From Lingula anatina (Eukaryota > Animalia > Brachiopoda): a stretch of 64,000 nucleotides of DNA. The notes below the pieces were generated by a model. The model did not search any database. It was not told where the DNA came from and saw only the letters and a program-made list of their open reading frames with translations. The DNA lies in contig CM120643.1 in assembly GCA_051362555.1 (NCBI GenBank), positions 8,432,001 to 8,496,000 on the forward strand, read 5' to 3'. Positions 25,797 through 39,320 of this stretch are shown one piece after another; the first letter of the stretch is position 1, and each line of letters starts with the position of its first letter. The position numbers and the translations under genes were made by a program.

Positions 25797-26273
25797 GGCC
25801 ACATTTTTTTAAAATTTTTATGGATGACATCCTGCGCGCGCACCGATTTTCGTCCGTTCTCCGAAAAAGAAAATGCTACCCCCAACGAAGTCGGTTGTCG
25901 CAAACGTCCTTATTGAATTTTGCCGGAAAATGAGCTCTCTGCGCATGCGTATTATCGCTACTTGGAAATTGGCGGCTTTGCCGTCAAATTCATCTCTAGG
26001 ATTGCTGATAAATTACACGACAATTAAAGTCATAAAGAGGACGGAGGCCGTCGTTTGGATTGGTATGTCATTGATATTGGGCATAGAGATATCACCTTTC
26101 TACAATTATACGAAAGGCTGGCGGCGGCCAGCGATTATCGCCCGTACTGTGTAGGCCTACTGACAGCTTTCCTTTACTAACGTAGTTTTTTTTTGACTGT
26201 TTTTTTTCGCCCTCTCGTACCGATTTCGGGGTCCCCAGAGGAAGTCATCCATAAAAATAAAAAAAGTGTGGCC
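25797..26273. mobile_element. PIF/Harbinger-type MITE ~130 bp upstream of the A2 ATG
   Basis: TIR GGCCACA...TATGGATGAC / GTCATCCATA...TGTGGCC with a TTA duplication. The site is empty in A1 (~18333). Confidence 0.85.
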
Positions 26274-27878
26274 TTACTATTTTTCAGTTTAGTTTTCCTG
26301 TACAACTTAATGATAATATAAGGCTCACTTGTACCTCATCTTTGCTAAATATGAAACAGACATCCAATGAATTAAGCAAACTGCGTGTTAAAGTACAACT
26401 TAATCTTATTTAAAGAGGGTAAGAATGAGTTGACGTATATACAGCAAGTTATCAAAAATAGTCCCGTGAAGAATATCGCGTTGAAAATTACAAGGCTCCA
26501 TTTCACAGTAAAACAAACAGAAATGAAAACTTACGTTATGAAACATCTGGCGAATGCCGACTTGAAAACTAGATTAATCCAAATCAAGATCAAATTCACC
26601 ACGATCACAGTGAATCGAAATTTTTAACTTTCTCTGAACTTCAACTGTTCCATCCACGTTTGATCTATCACGTAAGCATCTTACCTAATAGTTATCGGTT
26701 ATAATGTAGATGGCAGACTCCAACCAAGTTGTGGTCACCTTTGTCCATTGTACATGTCCTTCTAATATCTTGCTGCAACTTTAACCGCGTGACAATGGAG
26801 ACAATACAATCCGTAAGTGACCTCTTCTTGTTCCTAGTTTATAACCCCATTTAATTTGGTAACATCTTAAGTCGATATCAAATGCTACTAAATTTGCTGT
26901 GGCCTGGGATAAACTTCTGTTTTGTATGAAGAGGCAAAGGAGTAGTCAAATTTGGAACACTGTTGTCAGATTGTTGTCGTTATCCAAGATATAAATCTCT
27001 GCCTAGGCCTACTTTTGGGATAATATAAAGATATATACCTGTACCTGATTAGAAGGACATACAGTTACACTGTACTTGTCAACACAATGATGGTGCCCTC
27101 TTTCGCACGGATACTTGACGTACTTACAAATCACAACAACGTAACCAGTGACACTATTATTTAATCACCACACAGCAGTGATATTTGGGATATACGGTAC
27201 ACGGTACAGCAGACTTACATATCACCTACATGTATCAACTCCTTAGAGAATAGATGCACACAGAAGAAAGGGAACCCTATTTCATTTTGTCGTTAATAAG
27301 GTTTATTCCCCCCCCCCCCCCCCACCACCACCACCTCCACACTCGCATTTCCTAAACGCCACATTTTGTGCATCAAATATTCTATTTCAGATCCGTGTTA
27401 ATTTGCGTGAGCTTTGGTCTTTCAAATCAGAGAAGAACATTTTATGTGACAATTGTATCGATGGCCTTCACAACATCTCCACATTCTGCGCTGGGGAGTA
27501 GAAATAGATAGGTGATCGATGCACTAATATTATATGAAGACAAAGTTCACACACACTATACCGCCGCCTTCTCGTTAAATAATGATAAAGTCTTATCTCT
27601 AACATGTTGACATCATAGGGACCATTCACATAACCCTATCATACTGGCAGGGTCGATCTATCTCCGAGGGGATTCTCGCTAAATTTCGATCAGTTTAAGC
27701 GTGCAGCTTCAGTGGGCGTGACCGACATTTAAGCCGCTTAAACTGAATGCAATTGATTAAGAATCCCCTAGGAGTTAGATTGATCATGCTAGTACGATAC
27801 GTTTATGGGAACCCATCCATATATTTGTATATAATTGTACGGAATTGACCGATGTTAACCATATGGGGATGGACACCT

Positions 27879-27880
<2 letters not shown>

Positions 27881-27928
<48 letters not shown>
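27881..27928. repeat. (TA)n microsatellite; others at ~30451-30508, ~38526-38574 and ~40802-40845
   Basis: Read directly from the sequence. Confidence 0.9.
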
Positions 27929-27930
<2 letters not shown>

Positions 27931-28359
27931 CGATAATTTCCATGAAGTGTGTAAATGCATAGTGTGTATTGGTTCGTTGGTAAAAATATTCAATTGTATA
28001 CACTATAGAAGCTTGCATCTTTATTTTCTTTGTTTAAATAGCTCTTTTCGAACTTAAAGAAAACATTTCGATCACACTGGATTTGATTTGTGTTTTGTAT
28101 AAGTGGTGCCGCCTGGCGATGTCACTCCTTCAAATTCAGTTATAACAACCAAGCTGAATTTTCTCATATTATCGACACAATAGGCGAAGGAACCTGAAGG
28201 GGGGGAGTACAGGGGGGTTAACCCCACTTAAAATATGCTTAGCGTTCTCCTGTGGTATATTTCCAACTTGTTTTATTGAACCAAGCAGCGCAGTCAGGTA
28301 AATGATAAAAGGGGATTAATAGAGATATATAGGCCAAAGTAAATTAAGCTAAGCCAGTT

Positions 28360-28642
28360 CCCGCAAGAAAATGCAGTAGTATCGAAGTAGCAAAGAAGCA
28401 TTAACGCAGTAGTGGTGTGGAGCATATTTGCAGTAGAAATGCAGTATAGCCTACTGCAATTCTACTTCAAAATTACATAGGGCTGTACAGAGGAGGAGCA
28501 TTAATGCAGTAGATTAGCAGCATGATAGCAGCATGTTTCAAATATGCTAATTAGCTCCCACATCGAAGCAGATTTGAAGCATGTTTGCAGTATGATTGCA
28601 GTAGTCTACTGCGCTGGAGTATCTACTTCGTTTTCGTGCGGG
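28360..28642. mobile_element. Small CACTA-like MITE, present only in unit 2
   Basis: Termini CCCGCAAGAAAA / TTTTCGTGCGGG with a GTT duplication and repeated internal GCAGTAG motifs. Empty site GCCAGTTGATAC at 39001. Confidence 0.8.
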
Positions 28643-28968
28643 GTTGATACAGTTTCAAATGCCCAGCATTTTATGCTTTATCATTTAGACACTTCTATTA
28701 TCATAAATATGCTCTAGAGTTCTTAATTTTCCGGTAGAATTAGAGTGGGAACTTTGTTTGCCTCTGATAAGGAAACTTACGATAGCAACTGACCGGCGTT
28801 GCGGTCTCAACCTGCCGTAGACTATAGATCAGGCGACCAGTCCATCCAGGTCATTACAAAGTGAAAGGTTGATACCGCAATGTCGGTCAGTTGCCAATGG
28901 AAGTTCCAGTATCAGAGTTATGCGTAGTTCATATCTTCCAGAATATTCCACTGAACTATATAAGACGA

Positions 28969-30448
28969 CTAAAACTCTGCTTCTGTCTCCCTCCATGTGT
29001 CTCTGATAGTGCCCCGCCCCGAGTCGCCTCCCGGTTTCGTCGAACCATAGACTGGCTCCTTGAAATACTTTGCGCTGATAAACGTTTCCTCGTCCTCCTG
29101 GATCTCCTTGAGTTCTGCGTAAGATGGCGTCCGGGCACCGATGTTGTATATCCTGTTGAAAAAGAGGCATAAATGATCAAAATGCGAATCGTGTATTTAT
29201 CACATTTTTAAGTAAGTTGTACCATCAGTGATCCTTTTGTTCCATACCAACAAATTAAACTACGCCGTGCGAAGCCATTTTTTCTACTTTTAAGTTATTC
29301 AAATGTATGATTTCAATTAACATTAATTTTTTACGTGCCTGAACGAAAGTATTAGAAATATACTAAGTATTTTAGCTAATTTATGAATGTATAAATGTAT
29401 ACATTCACAAAGAAAGTCCATGGTTCATAACAATGCAATAAAAAAAGGAAAAATTAAGAAAACATACACAAGAATAAGAAACGCCACCATAAACACGCCC
29501 GCTATACTGAAGAAGACAATTCCCTTGTAGATCGCCACAGTAGCGGAGTAGATAGAGTTGAAGATCACGTTGGCTAGAAGGGAACAGAGCGTCTCAATAG
29601 ATGATACGCTGGCAAACAGTGTTCCTGTAAAATAGACATGGATGTGCTCACATTTGGCCATTTTCCTCATAATTATCAAATTTATATCAAGTTTGCAATC
29701 CGAGGGTTGGATAAATAATTCTTTGCATCATAGTTGAATAAAACCACTAGTGAATAAGAATAAAGGAATATTAAAAGACATATGTGAACATATATATAAA
29801 ACAAAATTAACTAAAATGCAAGGTTAAAAATGAAAGCAAATTCTATCAGTAATATTCTGTTTTATTTTTTAATTGCTGTTTATGTTTAAATGATCTTAGA
29901 TTACTAGCAACTAATACATTTTAGAATCTTAAAGATTCATGCTGCGTTGTCTTTGAATAATACACGAAAAGTTTTTTAGCATTACTTAAAGGGATAATAA
30001 CTCTTCGTGTGAGATCTATATTTCACAATAAAAATATTGTGAAGAACTCATAGAAATATAATATATTCTGTTTTACCACAAAAACGGCAGTTATAGTTAT
30101 AGTGGTTATTCTGATATCTGAGCTTGTCTTTAGACCACGTGACCTCCATTGATGGCTATAATCTGTTAAATCTCTTAAGAGATTTTAACAAAAACCAAAC
30201 TTTTTAGAAAAAAAACAGGGACTAACTTTGAATGTAAAAATGGATTCATTAACCATTGGTAAGTATGGGGAAATTGTTGTTTACTCCAGCAAAATTCATT
30301 TTTCGGCCGAAACGAAGAGTTGTTATCCCTTTAAAGATTTCTCGCTTTTTGACACATTAGACATCTAATCTAAAAAAAATAAATAAATAAATAAATTCAA
30401 CAATGCACTTGATTTGAAGTACTCGTTTTAAAACATTTTCAAAAATAA

Positions 30449-30513
<65 letters not shown>

Positions 30514-32320
30514 GATGATATATAATGACATAATGATAAATATAATATATAACCGTATTGAGACATAGCTATAGGTGAATGTGTTCTTCACGATTGATAA
30601 GGCATCAACATAGAAGATATAATATAAAATATACCCATACCTTGTTCTTTGGGATCCACGGCTTTGGACATCATAGCTCGAATCATAGGTACGATCAGAA
30701 GTGCTAACATGCCAACTACGGTAACTAAAATATAGAAAGAAAACAGATGGTTATCTTATCGTAGCAACTTAACTTTAAACTTTAGAGCCCCTCCTGAAAC
30801 TCACATATTTTTCAAAAAATTGGCCCATGGCAGTACCATAAGGTATATTCTTTCGTTTATTTTGAATATCAGAATTGTGCCTTACAAATATATAATACAG
30901 TATTATATCGTACATCCCCAAAACACATTTTTTAAGCCCAGTAAAAAAATAACAACACCACAAAACGGTGTGACTGAAAGCATGTGCGAGGAAGGTACCA
31001 CGATTCAAATAACTTGGGAAGTATGAAGAAGATCACTGGCCCTTCCAGCGCTTAAAACAATTTAATTAAAAGTCAAATTAAGAAAAACAAGAAACAAAGT
31101 AGAAATCCAATACCTAGAAACATCATGTAAGTTTTTGTGGCAAATCCTTCCAAGATTTTGGCGGCAACCGCACTCATTATGCCCACCATAGCAATACCGG
31201 CATCTGGAACACCGCACCTCTGCATTGAGAACAGTCCGCCCACACCCCCAATAGCCATAAACAGCGTCACACAGGCAAGGTAAATCCCTACTAGAACAGA
31301 CGTCCAACAGAGAGGCTCTGAAATCTGGTACAGGATCTCTATGGTGTTCACCTGTACCGATTGCGCGGTTGCTACGAACAAGAGCGTGACGAAGAGCACG
31401 CGGAGTCGCCACGCTCTCTGCGGGTCGCTTTTCTTGGGAAGATAAACGGTGAAGACATCGGTGAAGTTCCTCTTATCCAATAACCGAGCAGAGGGGTCCT
31501 TGATGACTGTCTCGGGGATGAAGAAAAACGCGTACAGCCCAGCTACGAAAAACATTACAGTAATGGCAACGGTCTGCCACAGAAAGTTAGGACTGGCGTG
31601 GATCCAGTACCCAACCCCTACTTCCCCCAATGCGGCTCCGAACATCAGCATGCCATCTATGACGAAGATTCTGAATGCCCGCTGATCCTCGGTGGTTGTG
31701 TCAGCTACATAAGCCATCGAACCTAACAGCAATGTGGTGTAACCGCCAAAACACCCCGACACAAAGTTACTGATCAACATATAATACAGTTGGAGGTCTA
31801 AAAATATGATGATGGCATTAATACCGAGAGCCAGTGCTCCGCCTATGCAGGGTAAGAGAATGCATGGAACCCGTCCTGCTTTATCACTATGTGCTCCAAA
31901 GATGATGGTGGCGATCACGCTTGGGAACATAGTGGCAATGCCTAGATACATGTTCCATCTGGCGGCTTCTTGCTGGATGAGCTGCTCTAAGTTGACACCA
32001 CTGTCGTTGGTGGGGACTCCGCAATGGGATCGGTGGCTGTGATTGGAGAACGACTCGTTTGGGAAAAGAGGAGCGTACCTTTCAGCGACTCTTTGGTACA
32101 TGTATAGTGTCGTCAATGGGCCACAAGCAGAGCCTGCCAGGAAGTACAATAACACAGCTGGTTCCACGATGACCTTTCTCTTTGGGATAACTCTGGGACC
32201 GGCTATTGCAGGACTGATATCCTCTTTATATGTTCCCTTCCTTCTTTCCTCCTCCACCGACCTGTGAAACCGGTCGGAATATTCCAACGCGGCCAGGAGT
32301 GGTTCCACATCTTGCATCAT
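28969..32320 (-). CDS. SLC46-family MFS transporter, paralog B1
   Basis: Exons 32320-31114, 30724-30641, 29624-29468 and 29152-28969. Motifs VEPAVLLY, GAHSDKAGR, YVADTT, LYQISEPLCW, PMIRAMMSK. Ends ...WRETEAEF*. Confidence 0.92.
29990..30330. mobile_element. Kolobok-like MITE in a B1 intron
   Basis: TTAA|AGGGATAATAACTCTTCGT ... ACGAAGAGTTGTTATCCCT|TTAA. Confidence 0.8.
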
Positions 32321-33055
32321 GGTGAAGCCTTTCTATGTCGTGGTTTCTCGTAGTACTGTCAATGCAAAAAGTAGAAAACAACGTCTCAGTAACTCGATTT
32401 TCAAATCAAATATAAGCAATATATTGAAGTAATATGTGCGTTACGTGACTGGCCAAAGATAGATACAATGGCGAGCATAAGCATGAGATCTAAATGACAC
32501 TGCCAACCTTACTGCAAAATGGGACTCCATTGTTCCTAATGGAAAAAACCGATTGACTCCTTGACGTCCTGTTAAATATCTTACATTAATTTGATATGAT
32601 ATATGGAAGGATATTAAGGGCTGGCATTGACAACCCATACCTATATACATGTAGATATTGCATGATAGTGTTACACGTAACTGTGTTTAATACAGAAATA
32701 ACAGAATCATTCCTATATATTTGTGATCAAAAACTTTATTGTCAAAGGAAGACATAGGCCCACGATCGGCTGTCACCTTGATTGGTTGTAAACGAGCGTC
32801 GTAAAATGCCCACACATGTATGATTAATAAACCTGGTGCATAAACATGAAACCTCATAACACAACCCTAGATTGCCATACTAGTCTACCATAACCCAAAC
32901 ATAGCGTGTTAGGAACGTCTTTTCTCCCGCTTTGGAAGTTAAGGCAACCATAAAGGGATGGCGAAGAAAATTAAGTTTCCGAGAGGAGTGTGCACGTTAA
33001 ACGACCCGCCCTACTCCAGATCTGCCCATGAATTCTGTATGCGATGACTTTAGAG

Positions 33056-33304
33056 CAGTGGCAGATCCAGGATTATATGACCCTTCCCCCACCTTCCCCT
33101 TGGCGTTGGGTTCGGGGTCCGCTGAAGGCCCCGAATTTTTTCTATTCTAGAAGGCGAACGGTGCCATTTCGTACGGCTTAGAACTATGATTCATCTAGTC
33201 AATAATCTAATTTCAGAGGGGACCACTGGTGTGACTTTTTATCAGAAATTGAAGGGGGGGGGGTCAGGGCGCCCCTCCCCCTCCCCCCTCTAAATCCGCC
33301 ATTG
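33056..33304. mobile_element. hAT-like MITE downstream of the A3 stop codon
   Basis: Duplicate of 22413-22671. Confidence 0.75.
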
Positions 33305-33316
33305 AAGAGGTATCTG

Positions 33317-34837
33317 TTATGTCTCTTTGGGCTCAGGGAACGCCGTCACTTGAACACGCATGTCATCATGGTTGTGAACGGAGAAACAACTTTTCTTCAC
33401 CATATTCTGTTTTCGTTCTCTGCTAGACCTTATGAAGTAATACCTAGAGAAAGAAGGGACATGATGAGATGAATGAACTGGTCGCGATATCAGGTATTGA
33501 TAATTATAGTTTGAAATCCAAAAACCTATCTGCCATATTCAATTTTTCCCTTGAGTTACAGCGTATGGTACATAGGTTTGGTAACATTCCTGTAGTACTT
33601 GGCACAAAAATCAATTTTAAGAGAGTTTTGGAGTTTTTCTTGTTCATTGCTTTCTTAAAAAGATGGTTGGTTGGTCTTCTTAAAACTTGTATACTGCAAT
33701 TGTTCTGGTAGCCTACATGTATTTTCAATCATTCTGATAAATAATTAAATGAAATTAATTTCAATTTTCATGTAGTGGTATGGAGTGAAATTTCTTGAAA
33801 ATATAGTGAAATATTCACATCTGAGGTTTGCTATATTTTTATTTTGTTTGCATATGCATCTAGAGAAATTCCGTAGTATTTACTACAGAGCATACATTTT
33901 AGATACTTTTTGCCTCTTTTATGAAGTTGAAATGATCGCCAAACGCTGTATACGTTTTACAACTAAATTATAGCAAAATCAAATTATTTTGTTCTGTGTA
34001 ATATTGTCCTGGGTATATCTTTACTCGATTAAAGTAACAGTTGATTATGACTAATAATTCCATTGCATAGGCCCTATACTTACAATATAGCAATTAGAGC
34101 TATTGTATACATGCCAACCATTGTCAGGTAGACGGCGCCACGATAGTACATCACAGTGTATTCGTATACGGTAGAAAACAAGACGCCACCGAGCAGAGAG
34201 CAAGCACAGTCTATGGAAGCAATACTCGCAAATAAAGTGCCTAGAAAAAGTAATAAAAAGTTTAAACAATGTACGCACATTAAAGCAATACTTTTATTTG
34301 CTCGTAGTGTCCGAGGCCTACAACGGATTTTGGAAGCTCTTATAAATTTCACATAAAATAATGACAAGTGTTTGACGGCATTTGTGATATGCTTCCTATA
34401 ACTTCCTTTACTTTCACCTGCAGTCACAATGACAATTGTGACTACGTAATAACAAAACAGTACTAGTAAAACCAAAGAATGTACTTTTGATAGCAATGGC
34501 GAATTTTTGCATTGTTTTCCCATGCGCCTGAAGTACGATAGCCTGCACCGACCCCTGAACCACGATAACGTTCCGACGAGCATAGAGATATACCAGTAGG
34601 ATGCGTTACTTTGTCTCTCATGAACACCGAGGTGATCGTTACAGAAAGCAAGGAGCTGCGATTTCCATCCCACCCCTATGCTTTTACCTTGTTCGTGAGC
34701 GGAGACCTGCTCGGACATGACGGCACGCAGCACGGGGACTAGGAGGATCCCAAGAACGCCAAGACCACCGGCTGAAAATGAATCGTAGATCTCTATACCC
34801 TCTTCTCCTCTCTCCCTCTCTTTCTCTCTCTATCTAC

Positions 34838-34892
<55 letters not shown>

Positions 34893-36301
34893 GTATTAGA
34901 ATATGCCTTTGTTTTGTTAATGTTAGCAGTGAAGACCTCTGTTTATAATTTTTCATAGATTCTACTTCTTAGCATTTTGATTCAATATTTGCATAACAGA
35001 CGTATGGACAAAGAAAAAGGAACATGCACCCTTAAAAAATGCATGATGAAAATGTATAGAGAAAAATTTTACTAAAAACATTGATACAGCCAAATTATCT
35101 CCTACGTGAAGAATGGTATTCTTTCCCACTTACCAACGTACATTTCCCAGTCATGGTTTGCAAATGCCACCATACCCTTCCAAAGTAAAGCGCTCATCGT
35201 ACCGATCATCATTATCACGGGCTCGGGCATCTTACACCGCTTAAACAGTGGCAGCGCCAAGAGCCCAGCCACCTGTGTGGCAACGGAGACCGCCGCGGTA
35301 TACCATCCAATCTTCGTAGACGTCCAACAGAACGGAAAGTTGAGTTCGTACAAAACGTCTACGGTCGAGGTGGCCACGAGGGACATTGTCCCGAAGAGCA
35401 TAGTGAAGCACAGAGTCCGGATTTTCCAAACCCGTGACGGATCTTCTCCATTTGGTGCACGGGCGTACATCAGAAGCATTGCCTTGACGTTGTCCAGAGT
35501 GAAGAAGCGTGCTTCTGGATCTTTTTCTACAGTTTCTGTGATTAGGAAAAACGTGTATAAGGCAGATACCCCGTATAATACTGTAATGAATACTGTTGGT
35601 CCAAGAAAAGTTGGGTCAGCCTTAACCCAATAGCCAATGATCACCTGGGAAATGGCCGAACCAAGCCATAACATGACTTCTAAAACTAGAATTCTGAAAG
35701 CACGTTGCTTCTCCGTTGTGATATCAGCAATGTATGACATGCCCCCGATGAGGATAGTGGCGTAGTACCCGAACATACCTTCAATGACACAAGTGATAAC
35801 AAGCCAAAAGATGTCCAGTTTGAAAGTGACCACGATGATGTTGCACACATTTTTGATGAAACTGCCGACACAGGGAAGCAGAATACAGAATTTCCGTCCT
35901 CCCTTATCGCTGTACGAACCATAAAACGTCGTGACGATTATGGCGGGAATCATCGTTGCTAGGCTGAACTTCTGAAGCCAGCCAGACGATATTTCCTGCA
36001 CTAGTTGTTCCATCTTAACCACTGGGTCTGACGCGTTCAAAAGGCAGATGGAAATGTCCTCTGACTGGTTGCTATGGTACTGCTCGGGGTCGAAGTGAAG
36101 GTCGTCTGCTACCTTGGCGTGAAGGTACTGTGTTGCCAGTGGCGCCGTAGCAACTGTTCCCAGAAAATAAAGAAACATGACTGGTTCCACTGTTATTGGG
36201 CACCTTGGCTTGTATCTTGACGTTCCATGTTGAATCAGTGGCACTTTCTCGTTAGGACCTTTCTCAGTGGCTCCCAAGGAATCGTACTCATTGTCGTCCA
36301 T
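33317..36301 (-). CDS. SLC46-family MFS transporter, paralog A3
   Basis: Exons 36301-35134, 34771-34688, 34240-34084 and 33443-33317, with the same exon sizes as A2. Confidence 0.92.
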
Positions 36302-36437
36302 TTTGGTTTGATTTTGTGGAATTAAGTCGCGGAGTCACTGTTTGAAAATTTGCTAATGAAGAAACACAGTTTTAATTTATTAATTTATTTGTATTTACAT
36401 CTTGGCATTTTTTCACAATATTTACGAATCCTCGTTA

Positions 36438-36922
36438 GGCCACATTTTTTTTTATTTTTATGGATGACATCCTGCGCGCGCACCGATTTTCGTCCGTTCT
36501 CCGAAAAAGAAAATTACCCCCAACGAAGTCGTTTGTTGCAAACGTCCTTATTGAATTTTGCCGGAAAATGAGCTCTCTGCGCATGCGTATTATCGCTACC
36601 TGGAAATTGGCGGCTTTGCCGTCAAATTCATCTCTAGGATTGCTGATAAATTACACGACAATTAAAGTCATAAAGAGGACGGAGGCCGTCGTTTGGATTG
36701 GTATGTCATTGATATTGGGCATAGAGATATCACCTTTCTACAATTATACGAAAGGCTGGCGGCGGCCAGCGATTATCGCCCGTACTGTGTACTGACAGCT
36801 TTCCTTTACTAACGTAGTTTTTTTTTTTTTTTTTTTTTTTGACTGTTTTTTTTTCGCCCTCTCGCACCGATTTCGGGGTCCCCAGAGGAAGTCATCCATA
36901 AAAATAAAAAAAAAGTGTGGCC
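36438..36922. mobile_element. PIF/Harbinger-type MITE upstream of A3
   Basis: Duplicate of 25797-26273 with TTA TSD. Confidence 0.85.
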
Positions 36923-38521
36923 TTACTATTTTTCAGTTTAGTTTTCCTGTACAACTTAATGATAATATAAGGCTCACTTGTACCTCGTCTTTGCTAAATA
37001 TGAAACAGACATCCATTGAATTAAGCAAACTGCGTGTTAAAGTACAACTTAATCTTATTTAAAGAGGGTAAGAATGAGTTGACATATATACAGCAAGTTA
37101 TCAAAAATAGTCCCCTGAAGAACATCGCGTTGAAAATTACAAGGCTCCATTTCACAGTAAAACTAACAGAAATGAAAACTTACGTTATGAAACATCTGGC
37201 GAATGCCGACTTGAAAACTAGATTAATCCAAATCAAGATCAAATTCACCACGATCACAGTGAATCGGAATTTTTAACTTTCTCTGAACCTCAACTGCTCC
37301 ATCCACGTTTGATCTATCACGTAGGCATCTTACCTAATAGTTATCGGTTATAATGTAGCTGGCAGACTCCAACCAAGTTGTGGTCACCTTTGTCCATTTG
37401 TACATGTCCTTCTAATATCTTGCTGCAACTTTAACCGCGTGACAATGGAGACAATACAATCCGTAAGTGACCTCTTCTTGTTCCTAGTTTATAACCCCAT
37501 TTAATTTGGTAACATCTCAAGTCGATATCAAATGCTACTAAATTTGCTGTGGCCTGGGATAAACTTCTGTTTTGTATGAAGAGGCAAAGGAGTAGTCAAA
37601 TTTGGAACACTGTTGTCAGATTGTTGTCGTTTTCCAAGATATAAATCTCTGCCTAGGCCTACTTTTGGGATAATATAAAGATATACACCTGTACCTGATT
37701 AGAAGGACATGCAGTTACACTGTACTTGTCAACACAATGATGGTGCCCTCTTTGGCACGGATACTTGACGTACTTACAAATCACAACAACGTAACCAGTG
37801 ACACTATTATTTAATCACCACACAGCAGTGATATTTGGGATATACGGTACACGGTACAGCAGACTTACATATCACCTACATGTATCAACTCCTTAGAGAA
37901 TAGAGGCACACAGAAAAAAGGGAACCCTATTTCATTTTGTCGTTAATAAGGTTTATTCTCCCCCCCCCACCACCACCTCCACACTCGCATTTCCTAAACG
38001 CCACATTTTGTGCATCAAATATTCTATTTCAGATCCGTGTTAATTTGCGTGAGCTTTGGTCTTTCAAATCAGAGAAGAACATTTTATGTGACAATTTTAT
38101 CGATGGCCTGCGCAACATTCTCCAAATTCTGCGCTGGCGAGTAGAAATAGATAGGTGATCGATGCACTAATATTATATGAAGACAAAGTTCACAAACACT
38201 ATACCGCCGCCTTCTCGTTAAATAATGATAAAGTCTTATCTCTAACATGTTGACATCATAGGGACCATTCACATAACCCTATCGTACTAGCAGGGTCGAT
38301 CTATCTCCGAGGGGATTCTCGCTAAATTTCGATCAGTTTAAGCGTGCAGCTTCAGTGGGCGTGACCGACATTTAAGCCGCTTAAACTGAATGCAATTGAT
38401 TAAGAATCCCCTAGGAGTTAGATTGATCATGCTAGTACGATACGTTTATGGGAACCCATCCATATATTTGTATATAATTGTACGGAATTGACCGATGTTA
38501 ACCATATGGGGATGGACACCT

Positions 38522-38577
<56 letters not shown>

Positions 38578-39320
38578 CGATAATTTCCATGAAGTGTGTA
38601 GATGCATAGTGTGTATTGGTTCGTTGGCAAAAATATACAATTGTATACACTATAGTAGCTTGCATCTTTATTTTCTTTGTTTAAATAGCTCTTTTCGAAC
38701 TTAAAGAAAACATTTCGATCACACTGGATTTGATTTGTGTTTTGTATAAGTGGTGCCGCCTGGCGATGTCACTCCTTCAAATTCAGTTATAACAACCAAG
38801 CTGAATTTTCTCATATTATCGACACAATAGACGACGGAACCTGAAGGGGGGGGAGTACAGGGGGGTTAACCCCACTTAAAATATGCTTAGCGTTCTCCTG
38901 TGGTATATTTCCAACTTGTTTTATTGAACCAAGCAGCGCAGTCAGATAAATGATAAAAGGGGATTAATAGAGATATATAGGCCAAAGTAAATTAAGCTAA
39001 GCCAGTTGATACAGTTTCAAATGTCCAGCATTTTATGCTTTATCATTTAGACACTTCTATTATCATAAATATGCTCTAGAGTTCTTAATTTTCCGGTAGA
39101 ATTAGAGTGGGAACTTTGTTTGCCTCTGATATGGAAACTTACGATAGCAACTGACCGGCGTTGCGGTCTCAACCTGCCGTAGACTATAGATCAGGCGACC
39201 AGTCCATCCAGGTCATTACAAAGTGAAAGGTTGATACCGCAATGTCGGTCAGTTGCCAATGGAAGTTCCAGTATCAGTTCCAGTATCTTCCAGAATAGTC
39301 CACTGAACTATATAAGACGA

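Noticed and set aside
27784-28057. YIYIYI, VCVCVC and ERERER ORFs here and elsewhere
   Set aside because: Translations of microsatellites.
34080-34733. 217-aa ORF spanning A3 exon 2, the intron and exon 3
   Set aside because: Chance open intron. The same intron is closed in A1 and A2, and canonical splice sites are intact.
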